A DNA stretch of 64,000 bases from Sphingobacteriales bacterium (GTDB lineage Bacteria > Bacteroidota > Bacteroidia > Chitinophagales > JADIYW01): assembly GCA_016721245.1 (NCBI GenBank), contig JADKIQ010000004.1, forward strand, positions 259,058 to 323,057, in the 5' to 3' direction. Shown here piece after piece: positions 39,869 through 49,126 of the stretch (within the stretch, counting starts at the first letter, position 1; each line of letters opens with the position of its first letter). Below the pieces are notes generated by a model. It searched no databases. It was not told the origin of the DNA and saw nothing but the letters and a program-made list of their open reading frames with translations. The position numbers and the translations under genes were made by a program.

Positions 39869-39876
39869 TACTTTTG
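39869..39876 (+). promoter_or_regulatory. Bacteroidota -7 promoter box (TAnnTTTG) for the SCP2 gene
   Basis: 'TACTTTTG' with a TTTG 20 nt upstream. The ATG at 39914 is 37 nt downstream. Confidence 0.4.
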
Positions 39877-39913
39877 AGTCATCAATTAATTATCAAACTA
39901 AAAATCAAATAAA

Positions 39914-40240
39914 ATGACAGCAAAAGAAATCGTATTGGCATTACCAAGCCGTTTAAAAGCAGAGGAAGCAGCAGGACAAACAGGTGTTTTTCATTTTCAG
40001 TTAGAAGGTGAGACAGGCGGAGAATTTACTGTAAATGTTGCAGAGGGTGTATGTACTGTTACTGAAGGTTTATCTGGTGAGCCAGATTGTGTAATTTCAG
40101 CATTAGCAACAGATTTTGAAGATGCGGAAGAAGGTCGTGTAAACAGACAAATGGCGGTGATGATGGGTAAAATCAAAATCAGCAACTTAGGCGCGATGTT
40201 AAAATTCATCGGTATGTTCAGTGATATTGAAGCAGCTTAA
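39914..40240 (+). CDS. Stand-alone SCP2 sterol/lipid-binding domain protein
   Basis: 108 aa. 'LPSRLKAEEAAG...FHFQLEGETGGEFTV...MGKIKISNLGAMLKF' parallels the SCP2 tails of the two ACADs. Confidence 0.75.
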   Translation: MTAKEIVLALPSRLKAEEAAGQTGVFHFQLEGETGGEFTVNVAEGVCTVTEGLSGEPDCVISALATDFEDAEEGRVNRQMAVMMGKIKISNLGAMLKFIGMFSDIEAA

Positions 40241-40267
40241 TAAAGCCGTTAAAATTATAATTAAAAA

Positions 40268-40295
40268 AGACAGTTCATTTTGAACTGTCTTTTTA
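40268..40295 (+). terminator. Rho-independent terminator after the SCP2 gene
   Basis: Stem agacagttca 40268-40277 / tgaactgtct 40281-40290, followed by TTTTT. Confidence 0.75.
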
Positions 40296-40358
40296 TTTTA
40301 ATAAAACTGAGATAGAGAATGATTTTGTAATTTCACATAAGCAAACAAAGTGATATAA

Positions 40359-41225
40359 ATGAAAAATAAGATAGTTGTTATTACAGGCGGAAATTCAGGG
40401 ATTGGCAGGGTAACAGCCACAGAGATTGCAAAGATGGGCGCGCAGGTGGTGCTGGTTTGCCGTAATGAACAAAAAGCAAAAGCTGTTCAGGAAGATATCA
40501 ATGCACTTACCGGCCTGAATAACTGTGATTTATTCCTGTGTGATTTCAGTTCTCATACATCCATCAAAAAATTTGCAAAAGCATTTAGAATGAAGTACAA
40601 TCACATAGACGTACTTATCAATAATGCCGGTGTTATTTTAGGTGATCGTCAGGTAAATGAAGACGGACTGGAGATGATGTTTACGACCAATCATCTGGGC
40701 TACTTCTTAGTAACACATTATTTGCTGGATTTACTGAAAGCATCTGAAAGCGGCCGTGTGGTCAATGTGGCTTCACTGGCACACCGTTTTACTAATATGC
40801 GCTGGGATGATTTGCAGGCAGAGAAGTTTTTCAATTCCTGGATTCAGTACGGGCTTACGAAGCTGTGTAATATTTTATTTAATAAAGAACTGGCCTATCA
40901 GTTAAAGAAAAACACGAATATTACGGCAAACTGTCTGCATCCCGGTAATATCAACTCTAATTTTGGAAGAAGCGGCAACCCAATGCTGAAATTTTTAATG
41001 AATAATTTCGGTTTTGTATTAACCACCCCGGAAAAAGGTGCGGAGACTTCTATTTATCTCGCTACTGCTCCGGAAGTGCAGGGCAAAACAGGCTTGTACT
41101 GGTACCGTAAAAATCCAACCATTCCATCCATGGAAGCAATAAGTTCCGAGAATTCACGCAGATTATGGGAAATCAGTCTAAAGCTGACCGGTATAAAAGA
41201 ATTTGGTACGGTTGACTTTGATTAA
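40359..41225 (+). CDS. Short-chain dehydrogenase/reductase (retinol-dehydrogenase-like SDR)
   Basis: 'ITGGNSGIGRVTA' cofactor motif, 'NNAG', and the catalytic 'YGLTK'. Confidence 0.85.
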   Translation: MKNKIVVITGGNSGIGRVTATEIAKMGAQVVLVCRNEQKAKAVQEDINALTGLNNCDLFLCDFSSHTSIKKFAKAFRMKYNHIDVLINNAGVILGDRQVNEDGLEMMFTTNHLGYFLVTHYLLDLLKASESGRVVNVASLAHRFTNMRWDDLQAEKFFNSWIQYGLTKLCNILFNKELAYQLKKNTNITANCLHPGNINSNFGRSGNPMLKFLMNNFGFVLTTPEKGAETSIYLATAPEVQGKTGLYWYRKNPTIPSMEAISSENSRRLWEISLKLTGIKEFGTVDFD

Positions 41226-41240
41226 ATCTAAAAAGGCAGG

Positions 41241-41669
41241 ATGTCGTTAGAATTTACAGATGCCACCATAAATGATGCAGATGCATTGCTCTCACTGATA
41301 CATCAGCTGGAACATTTTATCCCCAAGGAAACGTTGTTAAACAATCTTAAAAGAAATACGGAAGATAAAAATTATCGCATATTTGTTGCAAAGCTGAATA
41401 ATCAGGTAATTGCATTTGCTGAACTTTGTTTTACACAATTTATTCACGAACCAAATCCTAGGGCGCGTTTGACTTCTTTTTGTGTGGATGCAGCATTCAG
41501 AAATAAAAAAATCGGTGCTGCTTTTATAGCGTTTATTGAAGATTTCTGCAGAAGTCAAAATTATCTCAGAATCGAACTGACCAGTAAAATTCACCGGACA
41601 GATGCGCACCGCTTTTATGAAAACAATGGTTATTCTTATGCTTCCAAACGATTTTATAAAGAATTGTAA
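41241..41669 (+). CDS. GNAT family N-acetyltransferase
   Basis: 'FRNKKIGAAFIAFIEDFC...RIELTS...AHRFYENNGY' acetyl-CoA binding core; 142 aa. Confidence 0.8.
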   Translation: MSLEFTDATINDADALLSLIHQLEHFIPKETLLNNLKRNTEDKNYRIFVAKLNNQVIAFAELCFTQFIHEPNPRARLTSFCVDAAFRNKKIGAAFIAFIEDFCRSQNYLRIELTSKIHRTDAHRFYENNGYSYASKRFYKEL

Positions 41670-42421
41670 TGCATCTTATACAAACACTGTTTCATTTTTT
41701 TACGGATAATTTTCCTTCCTTAAAATTAATAAGCTGCTTGTTTCCGGTTTCCATCTGCTGGAGTTTTTTAGCTTTATACATAGCAGGTTTTTGCAAAAGA
41801 AATTTATCTTGGAAAACAGGGTATACCCGCAAGTTATTTCATTTCTTTATTTTTATCAGTGCTTATTTTTATCAGAGATATCTGGGATTGCCGGGTGTGT
41901 TTATTTTAGGATGGTCTGTAACTATTGTACTGGCGTATGCCTGCTTTAAAAGTGACGGGAACTTGTTTTATGAGGCATTAGCCCGCGAGAAAGATGCCCC
42001 GCATCGGACGAAGTATATTATATTTTCCTACCTGGCTACTTTCTTTGGAGGAGTATTATCTAATCTGTTGTTTGGTCCGTTTGCTATTTTTGGATATGCT
42101 GTAACCGGCATTGCAGATGCTTTTGCAGAACCTGTCGGAACCAAATTTGGAAAGCATCCATATCGTGTTTATAGTTTTCACAGAAATAAAATATCATACA
42201 GAAGTTTAGAAGGCAGTCTTGCTGTTTTTGTAAGTTCTTATTTGATTTATTTTCTTGCCATTTATTTTACACAAACCATTTTCCCTTCTACTTATGTTGT
42301 TGTTTTTGTAATGGCGCTTATCTGTACAGGAGTAGAAGCTATTTCGCCCAGTGGCTTTGATAATATGCTTTTACAGATTGCAGCAAGTTGTCTGGCAGCA
42401 ATAGGAATGTGGGCGTATTAA
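41669..42421 (+). CDS. Polytopic membrane protein of the CTP-dependent polyprenol/phytol/dolichol kinase-like family
   Basis: Multiple TM segments plus 'GIADAFAEPVGTKFGKH...YRSLEGSLAVF', which resembles the VTE5/Sec59/DGK1 motif. The ATG overlaps the GNAT stop (TAATG). Confidence 0.5.
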   Translation: MHLIQTLFHFFTDNFPSLKLISCLFPVSICWSFLALYIAGFCKRNLSWKTGYTRKLFHFFIFISAYFYQRYLGLPGVFILGWSVTIVLAYACFKSDGNLFYEALAREKDAPHRTKYIIFSYLATFFGGVLSNLLFGPFAIFGYAVTGIADAFAEPVGTKFGKHPYRVYSFHRNKISYRSLEGSLAVFVSSYLIYFLAIYFTQTIFPSTYVVVFVMALICTGVEAISPSGFDNMLLQIAASCLAAIGMWAY

Positions 42422-42495
42422 CGAAATAACTTTCTCTATAAATAAAAAAAAGCTACCTTTTAGCAAGATAGCTTTTAAATATTATCAATGTTGAA

Positions 42496-43934
42496 TTACT
42501 GTTTATTTTTGTCTTTGGCTTCTAAGCCATCCATGAATTGAATAAATCCTACGAGATTATCAACAGGCATATTCTTGGCAATAATTTTATAGTCTTGTGT
42601 AATTACGAATACTTTGGGTGTAGCAATAATATCATATTCTTTTCTGAAAGCACTTACGCCTCGCATGTCTGCACAGGTTATCCATTGAGATGAACAGTTT
42701 TTTGCAGTAAACGCTCTGAAAGAACTATCTGTTTGTTCTGTAGATACAGCAAATACACGAACACCAAGTGCCTGCAGAGAATCTGTATATAATTTTTTCA
42801 ATACCGGAATTTCGTGCTGACAGTGACTACAGTCTGAATTCCAGAATACTAAAACGGTATATTTACTTTTGAAACATAATCATGAAAAACCTGCATTTTA
42901 CCTGAAGAATCCTGTACAATAAAGTTTGGTGCAATTTTTCCAATAAGCGTAGGTTTCACCGCTTCCACACGATCACGCAGTTCCGTCAAACTTTTTTCAG
43001 TTGCCCACCATGCTTCTCCACTCAGATAATATTTATCAGAGAGATAAACATAAATAGCATCATGACCCATGATTTCACTTTTAGCATATTTCATAAATAA
43101 TTCATTCAGGCAAAACTGGAACATGTCTTTATTTGCTCTGGATTTAGCGATTACCATATCAATTGACTTAATAATGGAATCAGGCTGAGGAAAAGTGTAA
43201 TTGTCAAAATACTTTAAAAGTTTTGACTGAAAAACAGGTGTTCTGATATAACCTGAATCCGCAAAATCAATATTGTCGAAATAATGTTTTTGGGTATAAT
43301 GAAATGAATAAAAGGTGTCCACCAAGCTTCCGTTTGGGTTCTTTGGGCCTTCAGGGATTTCTATATCCAGCATCATGGTCAATAGTTTTGAATAAAATGT
43401 TGCAGGATATTTTTTAGTGATTTCTTTTCTGTGTGCTACTATTTTTTTAGATATTGCTTCAATATCTCCGGCTATTTTCTTGTATGCAGAATCTTTTTTA
43501 TTCAATCCTTTCAGTTTCTTCTGTAAAGAATCGTTTTCCAACCCTAAAGGCATCATATAATTCATGTCTTCAAACATCTGTTTGTTCTCAACAGAGTTTT
43601 TTACAGTTACATTTTTAATAAAATTAAAAGTGTCTGTACTGATGCTGAAACTGGTTTCTTTTATGATGAGGTCAAAAGAGCTGTAACGCATGGATGGAAA
43701 TGCAACCAGATATACTCCTTCTGCAATATTTTTCTTTCCTTTTAGTACAGCGACACCTTTAGCATCGAAGTTGAGTGTGTCTTTCACAAATCGTTTATCT
43801 CCGAAATAAAATGCCAGAATGCCTATCTGGTTTTCCATTCCTTTTACGGTTAATGTAATATTGAAATTATTTTCCTGTGAAAAGGTGAGCGTAGTAAATA
43901 AAATAAGGCAAAACAGCGTACAATATTTCTTCAT
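42496..43934 (-). pseudogene. TlpA-like thiol:disulfide oxidoreductase with an N-terminal accessory domain, split by a frameshift at an A4 run (42851-42854)
   Basis: The upstream ORF ends '...DYVSKVNIPF*'. The next frame continues 'LVFWNSDCSHCQHEIPVLKKLY', a thioredoxin CxxC motif that lies upstream of the ORF-track Met. Confidence 0.75.
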
Positions 43935-44087
43935 AAATGATTGTTTCAGATAAGGTTTACAAAATTCGTTCCGAAATTAAGGATTCAGGCATAATTTCTT
44001 GTCTAAATGTTTGTTAATTTCTTGATAATTAGCAGAATGCTTTACCTGATTAAAATATTCTGCTGATTTTTTATAATTTAGTTGCGG

Positions 44088-44462
44088 ATGAAGTATATAT
44101 ACATTTTAGCTGGTGGTGCTATAGGCAGCTTGATTCGATATTGGGTTTCAGAGTTGGTGTCCAGTAAATATCCAACTGCATTTCCGACAGGTATTTTCTT
44201 CGTCAATATTACAGGAGCATTCATCATTGGGTTATTGTTTGGTCTATTCACCGTAAACGGACAGTTGGATGACAAACTCAGGTTTTTGTTGTTTGTCGGA
44301 TTTTTAGGAGGTTTCACTACGTTTTCTTCTTTTGCGCTGGAAAACATGAGATTACTCAAAGATGGTTTTATTTTTACCTCTCTGCTTTATATTGTATTAA
44401 CGAATATAATTGGGATTGGGTTGGCTTTTACCGGTTATTTTCTCGGGTTGAAATTAAAATAA
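44088..44462 (+). CDS. crcB: Fluoride ion channel CrcB/FluC
   Basis: 'GGAIGSLIRYWVS...FFVNITGAFIIG...GFLGGFTTFSSFALE', about 124 aa with 4 TM segments. Confidence 0.85.
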   Translation: MKYIYILAGGAIGSLIRYWVSELVSSKYPTAFPTGIFFVNITGAFIIGLLFGLFTVNGQLDDKLRFLLFVGFLGGFTTFSSFALENMRLLKDGFIFTSLLYIVLTNIIGIGLAFTGYFLGLKLK

Positions 44463-44490
44463 AAAAGGTCCGGAAATTTCCAGACCTTTT
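44461..44490. terminator. Bidirectional hairpin between convergent crcB and the LysM-protein gene
   Basis: aaaaggtc 44463-44470 pairs with gacctttt 44483-44490, with extra inner pairs and A/T runs at the ends. Confidence 0.6.
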
Positions 44491-44507
44491 AATGAAATAT
44501 TTATTTG

Positions 44508-45317
44508 TTACTGAAACTGAAAATCAGCATCCGTTAAGTTTACACCTAATTTCAAACTCTTAAATTCATAAATTTCGTAGATACCTTTTTCATCTTCCAT
44601 TTTGTGGTAGATAGGTAAGTAGTTGGTTTTATCAATATACAATGTAGTTTTCTTAGCATATGAAGACGGGATTTTGATTACCTGACCTGGTTTTACTTCA
44701 TCACCGATATCATTTAATTCTTTGATTTTGTATTCAGAAATAGCCAGTTTTTTCCCGATTGCCCAAACAGACGTTTCACCTGCAGCTACTGTATAGTTGA
44801 TGATCTTGTAATCTGCATCGTTGATTTCAATTTTCCAGCAGTCTTTGCCATCGTAGTTTACAGTACCTAATATTTTTACATAAGAAGATAAATCTTCCCC
44901 TTTACGTTGAGCCATACTGGTTTCCAGAATCTTTTTAATTTGCGCAAAACCAGCTCTGGTGATAGGATTGTGAACTCCTTTCATTAATAAACTACTGGTT
45001 GGATTTAAGCTTAATTTTAAACCTTTTTTTACTCTTACTTCTTTAGAAACTGCACCTTCATAAATTAACTGTGCAGACTGTGGCAAGTTAGCTTTAGCGT
45101 ATATTTTTATAGGACTAGCGATTACTTTAAATTCTACATCACTTTTGCTGAATTTTCCATCGTTCATGCGTTCCTGTGCATAAAAATGATAGGTCATAGT
45201 TTTGGCATTGCCCATAGCAGCCATTACTTTTGGAATTGTTTCCGTCACGCTTTGTGCGAAGGACAGGTTTGCCAGAAAAATAGCGGCAACAGCTAAAATA
45301 CTTGTAACTTTCTTCAT
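44508..45317 (-). CDS. Secreted protein with an embedded LysM peptidoglycan-binding motif
   Basis: Signal peptide 'MKKVTSILAVAAIFLANLSFAQ' and the LysM-like 'YTVAAGETSVWAIGKKLAISEYKIKELNDIGDEVKPGQVIKIP'. Confidence 0.6.
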   Translation of the reverse strand: MKKVTSILAVAAIFLANLSFAQSVTETIPKVMAAMGNAKTMTYHFYAQERMNDGKFSKSDVEFKVIASPIKIYAKANLPQSAQLIYEGAVSKEVRVKKGLKLSLNPTSSLLMKGVHNPITRAGFAQIKKILETSMAQRKGEDLSSYVKILGTVNYDGKDCWKIEINDADYKIINYTVAAGETSVWAIGKKLAISEYKIKELNDIGDEVKPGQVIKIPSSYAKKTTLYIDKTNYLPIYHKMEDEKGIYEIYEFKSLKLGVNLTDADFQFQ

Positions 45318-45384
45318 GCTTTTTTATTATTTATGACTAAAAATAAGATGTTTTGTCGAGATTATGCAAAAACTCTGCCAATTT

Positions 45385-46731
45385 TTATGCAATTAGCTGA
45401 GAGAGTGCGTCTTTTATTTTTTTAAATGGAAATAAGGCAATGTTAGCCTCCATCATTTTTTCAATGTCCTCATTACAAAGATTGCCGATACTTCCCTCGT
45501 GAGTGTGATGTAACGTAGAAGGTTTATTATAATTACCGCTTTCTACGTCTTTGCCCACTTTTATATAAGCATCTCTGAACGGCATTCCTTCGTTCACCAG
45601 CTGATTCACCGTTTCCACCGTAAAAAGTAATTTATATTTATCGTCTTCGAGGATATCCGCTTTTACTTCTATGTGATGCAACATGATTTGCGTCATTTCG
45701 AGACAGGATTTAATCTCCTCAAAACTTTTTAAATAATCTTCTTTTATGATTTGTAAATCGCGGTGATAGCCCGATGGTAAATTAATTAATATCGAATTTA
45801 TTTGTGCTGGCAGGTTTTGCAGTTTATTGCACTTTGCACGGATGAGTTCCCATACATCCGGATTTTTTTTATGCGGCATAATGGAAGAACCTGTGGTCAA
45901 TACATCCGGAAATGAAATGAAACCAAAATTCTGATTCATGTATAAACAGGCATCCATTGCCAGTCTGGAAAGTGTTGCTGCAATATTGGAGATGGCAAAT
46001 GCCACATTTTTTTCCATTTTCCCGCGATTCATTTGTGCATATACCACATTATAATTCAACTCATCAAAGCCCAACAATTCAGTCGTTAGTTTTCTGTTTA
46101 AAGGAAAGGAACCGCCATATCCGGCACCCGAACCTAACGGATTTTTATTGGCTAATATAAAAGCAGCATATAAAATGCTGATATCATCTGTCAGGCTTTC
46201 CGCATAAGCACCAAACCATAAGCCAAAGCTATTTGGCATGGCAAGTTGAAGATGTGTATAGCCCGGCAGTAATTTATCTTTATGTGTATTGGATAATTGA
46301 ATCAGTATGTCAAATACATTTTTGGTAAGATGAACGATTTCTTCAATTTCATTTCTGGTAAAAAGCTTCAAGTCCAGTAAAACCTGATCGTTTCGGCTTC
46401 TTCCGCTGTGTATTTTTTTTCCAAGGTCGCCGAGTTTTTTTGTTAGTCGTAATTCTATCTCGCTGTGAATGTCTTCACTGTCTTCTGCGATAGAAAAATT
46501 TCCGGTTTCAATAGTTTGATAAATATTCTTTAACTCAGACTGAATAGGAGCGAGGTCTTCTTTTAAAAGCAATCCAACTTCAGCCAGCATTTTTGTGTGT
46601 GCCAGCGAGCCCAGTACATCAAACTTTGCCAGTAATACATCCAGATTTCTGTCGTTTCCAACAGTAAACTGTTCGACTTTTTCAGCAAGATTATTTTCCT
46701 GTATATCTCCTTTCTGCCAGAGTTTTTTCAC
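45385..46731 (-). CDS. argH: Argininosuccinate lyase
   Basis: 'HSGRSRNDQV' and the fumarate-lyase signature 'GSSIMPHKKNPDVWEL'. Confidence 0.9.
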   Translation of the reverse strand: MKKLWQKGDIQENNLAEKVEQFTVGNDRNLDVLLAKFDVLGSLAHTKMLAEVGLLLKEDLAPIQSELKNIYQTIETGNFSIAEDSEDIHSEIELRLTKKLGDLGKKIHSGRSRNDQVLLDLKLFTRNEIEEIVHLTKNVFDILIQLSNTHKDKLLPGYTHLQLAMPNSFGLWFGAYAESLTDDISILYAAFILANKNPLGSGAGYGGSFPLNRKLTTELLGFDELNYNVVYAQMNRGKMEKNVAFAISNIAATLSRLAMDACLYMNQNFGFISFPDVLTTGSSIMPHKKNPDVWELIRAKCNKLQNLPAQINSILINLPSGYHRDLQIIKEDYLKSFEEIKSCLEMTQIMLHHIEVKADILEDDKYKLLFTVETVNQLVNEGMPFRDAYIKVGKDVESGNYNKPSTLHHTHEGSIGNLCNEDIEKMMEANIALFPFKKIKDALSQLIA

Positions 46732-46733
46732 CG

Positions 46734-47492
46734 CTATTTTTTAATGTTTGTAATCAATTTAGGATATTCCAGTTTCAGGTCTTTCAGTGCATCCCGTACT
46801 TTTTGCGCGATTAAAAATTCCTTATACCAGTTGTGGTCAGTTGGAATAACATGCCAAGGTGCAGCTTTACTGCAATTCTTAAACACATCTTCATAAGCAT
46901 TGATATATTGTTTCCAGAGTTTTCGCTCTTCCCAGTCCTGATCTTTATGCTTCCACATTTTCTCCGGATTGGTTTTGCGTTCTTCCAGTCTTTCCAGTTG
47001 TGCTTCCTGCGATACGTGCATGTAAAATTTTAGTATTACGGTTCCGTTATGTGTCAGCAGTTTTTCAAAGTTGTTGATAGCATCAAATCGCTGTGAGACC
47101 GTTTTCTCATCTATCCATTTGTGTACCCGTTGAATGAGAACATCTTCATAGTGTGAGCGATTAAAAATTGTTATCTCACCTTTTGCAGGAGCCACCTGAT
47201 GTACCCGCCAGAGGAAATCATGTGCAAACTCTTCTTCTGTTGGCTTTTTAAAACTGTGTACTTTAATTCCGATTGGGTTTAATCCGCCAAAGACATTTTT
47301 GGTGACACCATCTTTTCCACTGGCATCCATTCCCTGCAAAATAACCAGCATGCTTTTTTTGCCGGATGCAATTAGTACGTCCTGCAAAACTTTAATTTCA
47401 TCAATTAAAAGCTTGGTTTTTGCTTTTGTTGCATCCTTGTCTGTGCCTTTTGGAGCACGTGTTGCAATTTTACTGAGTTTTATATCTGCCAT
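46734..47492 (-). CDS. Polyphosphate kinase 2 family (polyphosphate:nucleotide phosphotransferase)
   Basis: 'LVILQGMDASGKDGVTKNVF', 'FLWRVHQVAPAKGEITIFNRSHYEDVL'. Its stop lies 2 nt before the argH start. Confidence 0.85.
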   Translation of the reverse strand: MADIKLSKIATRAPKGTDKDATKAKTKLLIDEIKVLQDVLIASGKKSMLVILQGMDASGKDGVTKNVFGGLNPIGIKVHSFKKPTEEEFAHDFLWRVHQVAPAKGEITIFNRSHYEDVLIQRVHKWIDEKTVSQRFDAINNFEKLLTHNGTVILKFYMHVSQEAQLERLEERKTNPEKMWKHKDQDWEERKLWKQYINAYEDVFKNCSKAAPWHVIPTDHNWYKEFLIAQKVRDALKDLKLEYPKLITNIKK

Positions 47493-47511
47493 GAAATTGA
47501 ATTTAGATTAT

Positions 47512-49063
47512 TTATTTAAACATACCTTTCAATGCACCCAATAAACCGCGGGTAATGGTGGTAGTCGCTGTTCTTGCTATTTGTTTTGTTACGGAACTAT
47601 TGATTACTTTTTCGAAAGTTGATTTCTCCACTCTGCCGGGTTTGCTGGTAACTTTTGCAGCCTTTGCTTCTGCTTTTGCCTGTTCCGCTTCCGCTTCCTG
47701 TTGCTGTAATTGTTCCATTTTAGCACTTAAAATTTCAAACGCACTTTCCGGGTCAATGGTATCTTTGTATTTTCTGTATAAATTGGATTTCTGAATCAGT
47801 GTTTTCATTTCTTCTTCATTCAGAATATCCATACGCGATTGCGGCGGCGTCATCATGGAATGAACAAGAGGTGTTGGAATTCCTTTTTCATTCAATGCGG
47901 TAACAAATGCCTCACCAATACCTAATTGTGTAATCAAATCTTCTACCTGATAGAAGGCTGTTTCCGGATAATTTTGCGCTACCAGTTTGATAGCCTGTCT
48001 GTCTTTTGCTGTAAATGCACGTAAGGCATGCTGTACTTTTAAACCCAATTGTGCCAGAATGCTTTCCGGGATGTCATTCGGATTTTGTGTACAGAAAAAG
48101 ATACCCACTCCTTTGGAGCGAATCAGTTTGATGATGGATTCCAGCTGGTCTTTCAGCGCTTTGGTAGCGCTGTCAAAAATCAAGTGTGCTTCATCTAAAA
48201 AGATGATTAATTCCGGCTGTTCCACATCACCGCGTTCCGGAAATTTAGCATACACTTCAGCCAATAAACTCAACATGAACGTTGAAAATAATTTAGGTTT
48301 ATCCTGTATATCTGTCAGGCGAACAATATTGATATATCCGTATCCGTTTTCATCTTTACGCAATAAATCATTCACATTAAAAGAAGTTTCGCCGAAGAAT
48401 AAATCAGCACCCTGCTGTTCCAGTTCCACCACTTTGCGCAAAATAGTACCCACCGTTGCAGGGCTTACGGCTCCGTATTCTTTTTCAAAGGTATCTTTGC
48501 CTTCGTTGGTCAGGAATTGCAATACTTTTTTAAAAATCGGGTAAATCAACCAGTCCGAAGTTCTGGTCATCACAGAATTTAAACACCATAGCAACCACAC
48601 CTTCCTGTGTATCGTTCAAGTCTAATATTTTTGATATCAGCACCGGACCAAACTCCGTAACGGTTGCTCGTAATCTTACGCCATCCTGTGAGGAAATAGA
48701 CATAAGTTCTACCGGATATGCCTTGGGGTTCCAGGTATTACCGATGGCTGTCACGCGGTCCGTTATCTTTTGGTTGGAAACGCCGGGTTCTGCAATACCG
48801 GAAAAGTCTCCTTTAATATCCATCATTAATACAGAAACGCCATTTTCAGATAATTTTTCCGAAAGCGTCTGAATAGTTTTTGTCTTTCCTGTTCCTGTTG
48901 CACCGGCAATTAATCCGTGACGGTTTAAGGTTTTTAAAGGAATCTTTATTTGAGCATTTGATACAGACTTTGCATCTAACATAGCGCCGCCTACAATGAT
49001 AGATGGACCGCTAAAGGTATAACCTTGCTGAATTGTTTGAACGAATTGTTCCTGATTTGCCAT
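47512..49063 (-). pseudogene. HerA-like P-loop ATPase of the DUF853/YjgR family, split by a frameshift in a T6A5 tract (48526-48536)
   Basis: The N-terminal ORF has Walker A 'GATGTGKT' and ends 'LVDLPDF*'. The next frame continues 'KKVLQFLTNEGK...IFLDEAHLIF' (Walker B). Confidence 0.75.
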
Positions 49064-49126
49064 AAAAAAAGTTTATAATCGATAAAAATAAGGATTTGTA
49101 TTTATTTAGTTAAAACATAGTTGTTT

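Noticed and set aside
41241-42421. A GNAT gene whose stop overlaps the next gene's start (TAATG), considered as a GNAT toxin-antitoxin pair
   Set aside because: The partner is a 250-aa polytopic membrane protein with a polyprenol-kinase-like motif, not a small RHH/Xre antitoxin. The overlap only indicates translational coupling.
43935-44030. A fluoride riboswitch aptamer upstream of crcB
   Set aside because: By eye I could not find the conserved core of the crcB motif (GGCGATG...AAAC.GCC...CTGATG..CTAC-like elements). Only the downstream terminator-like hairpin is reported, and as a low-confidence finding.
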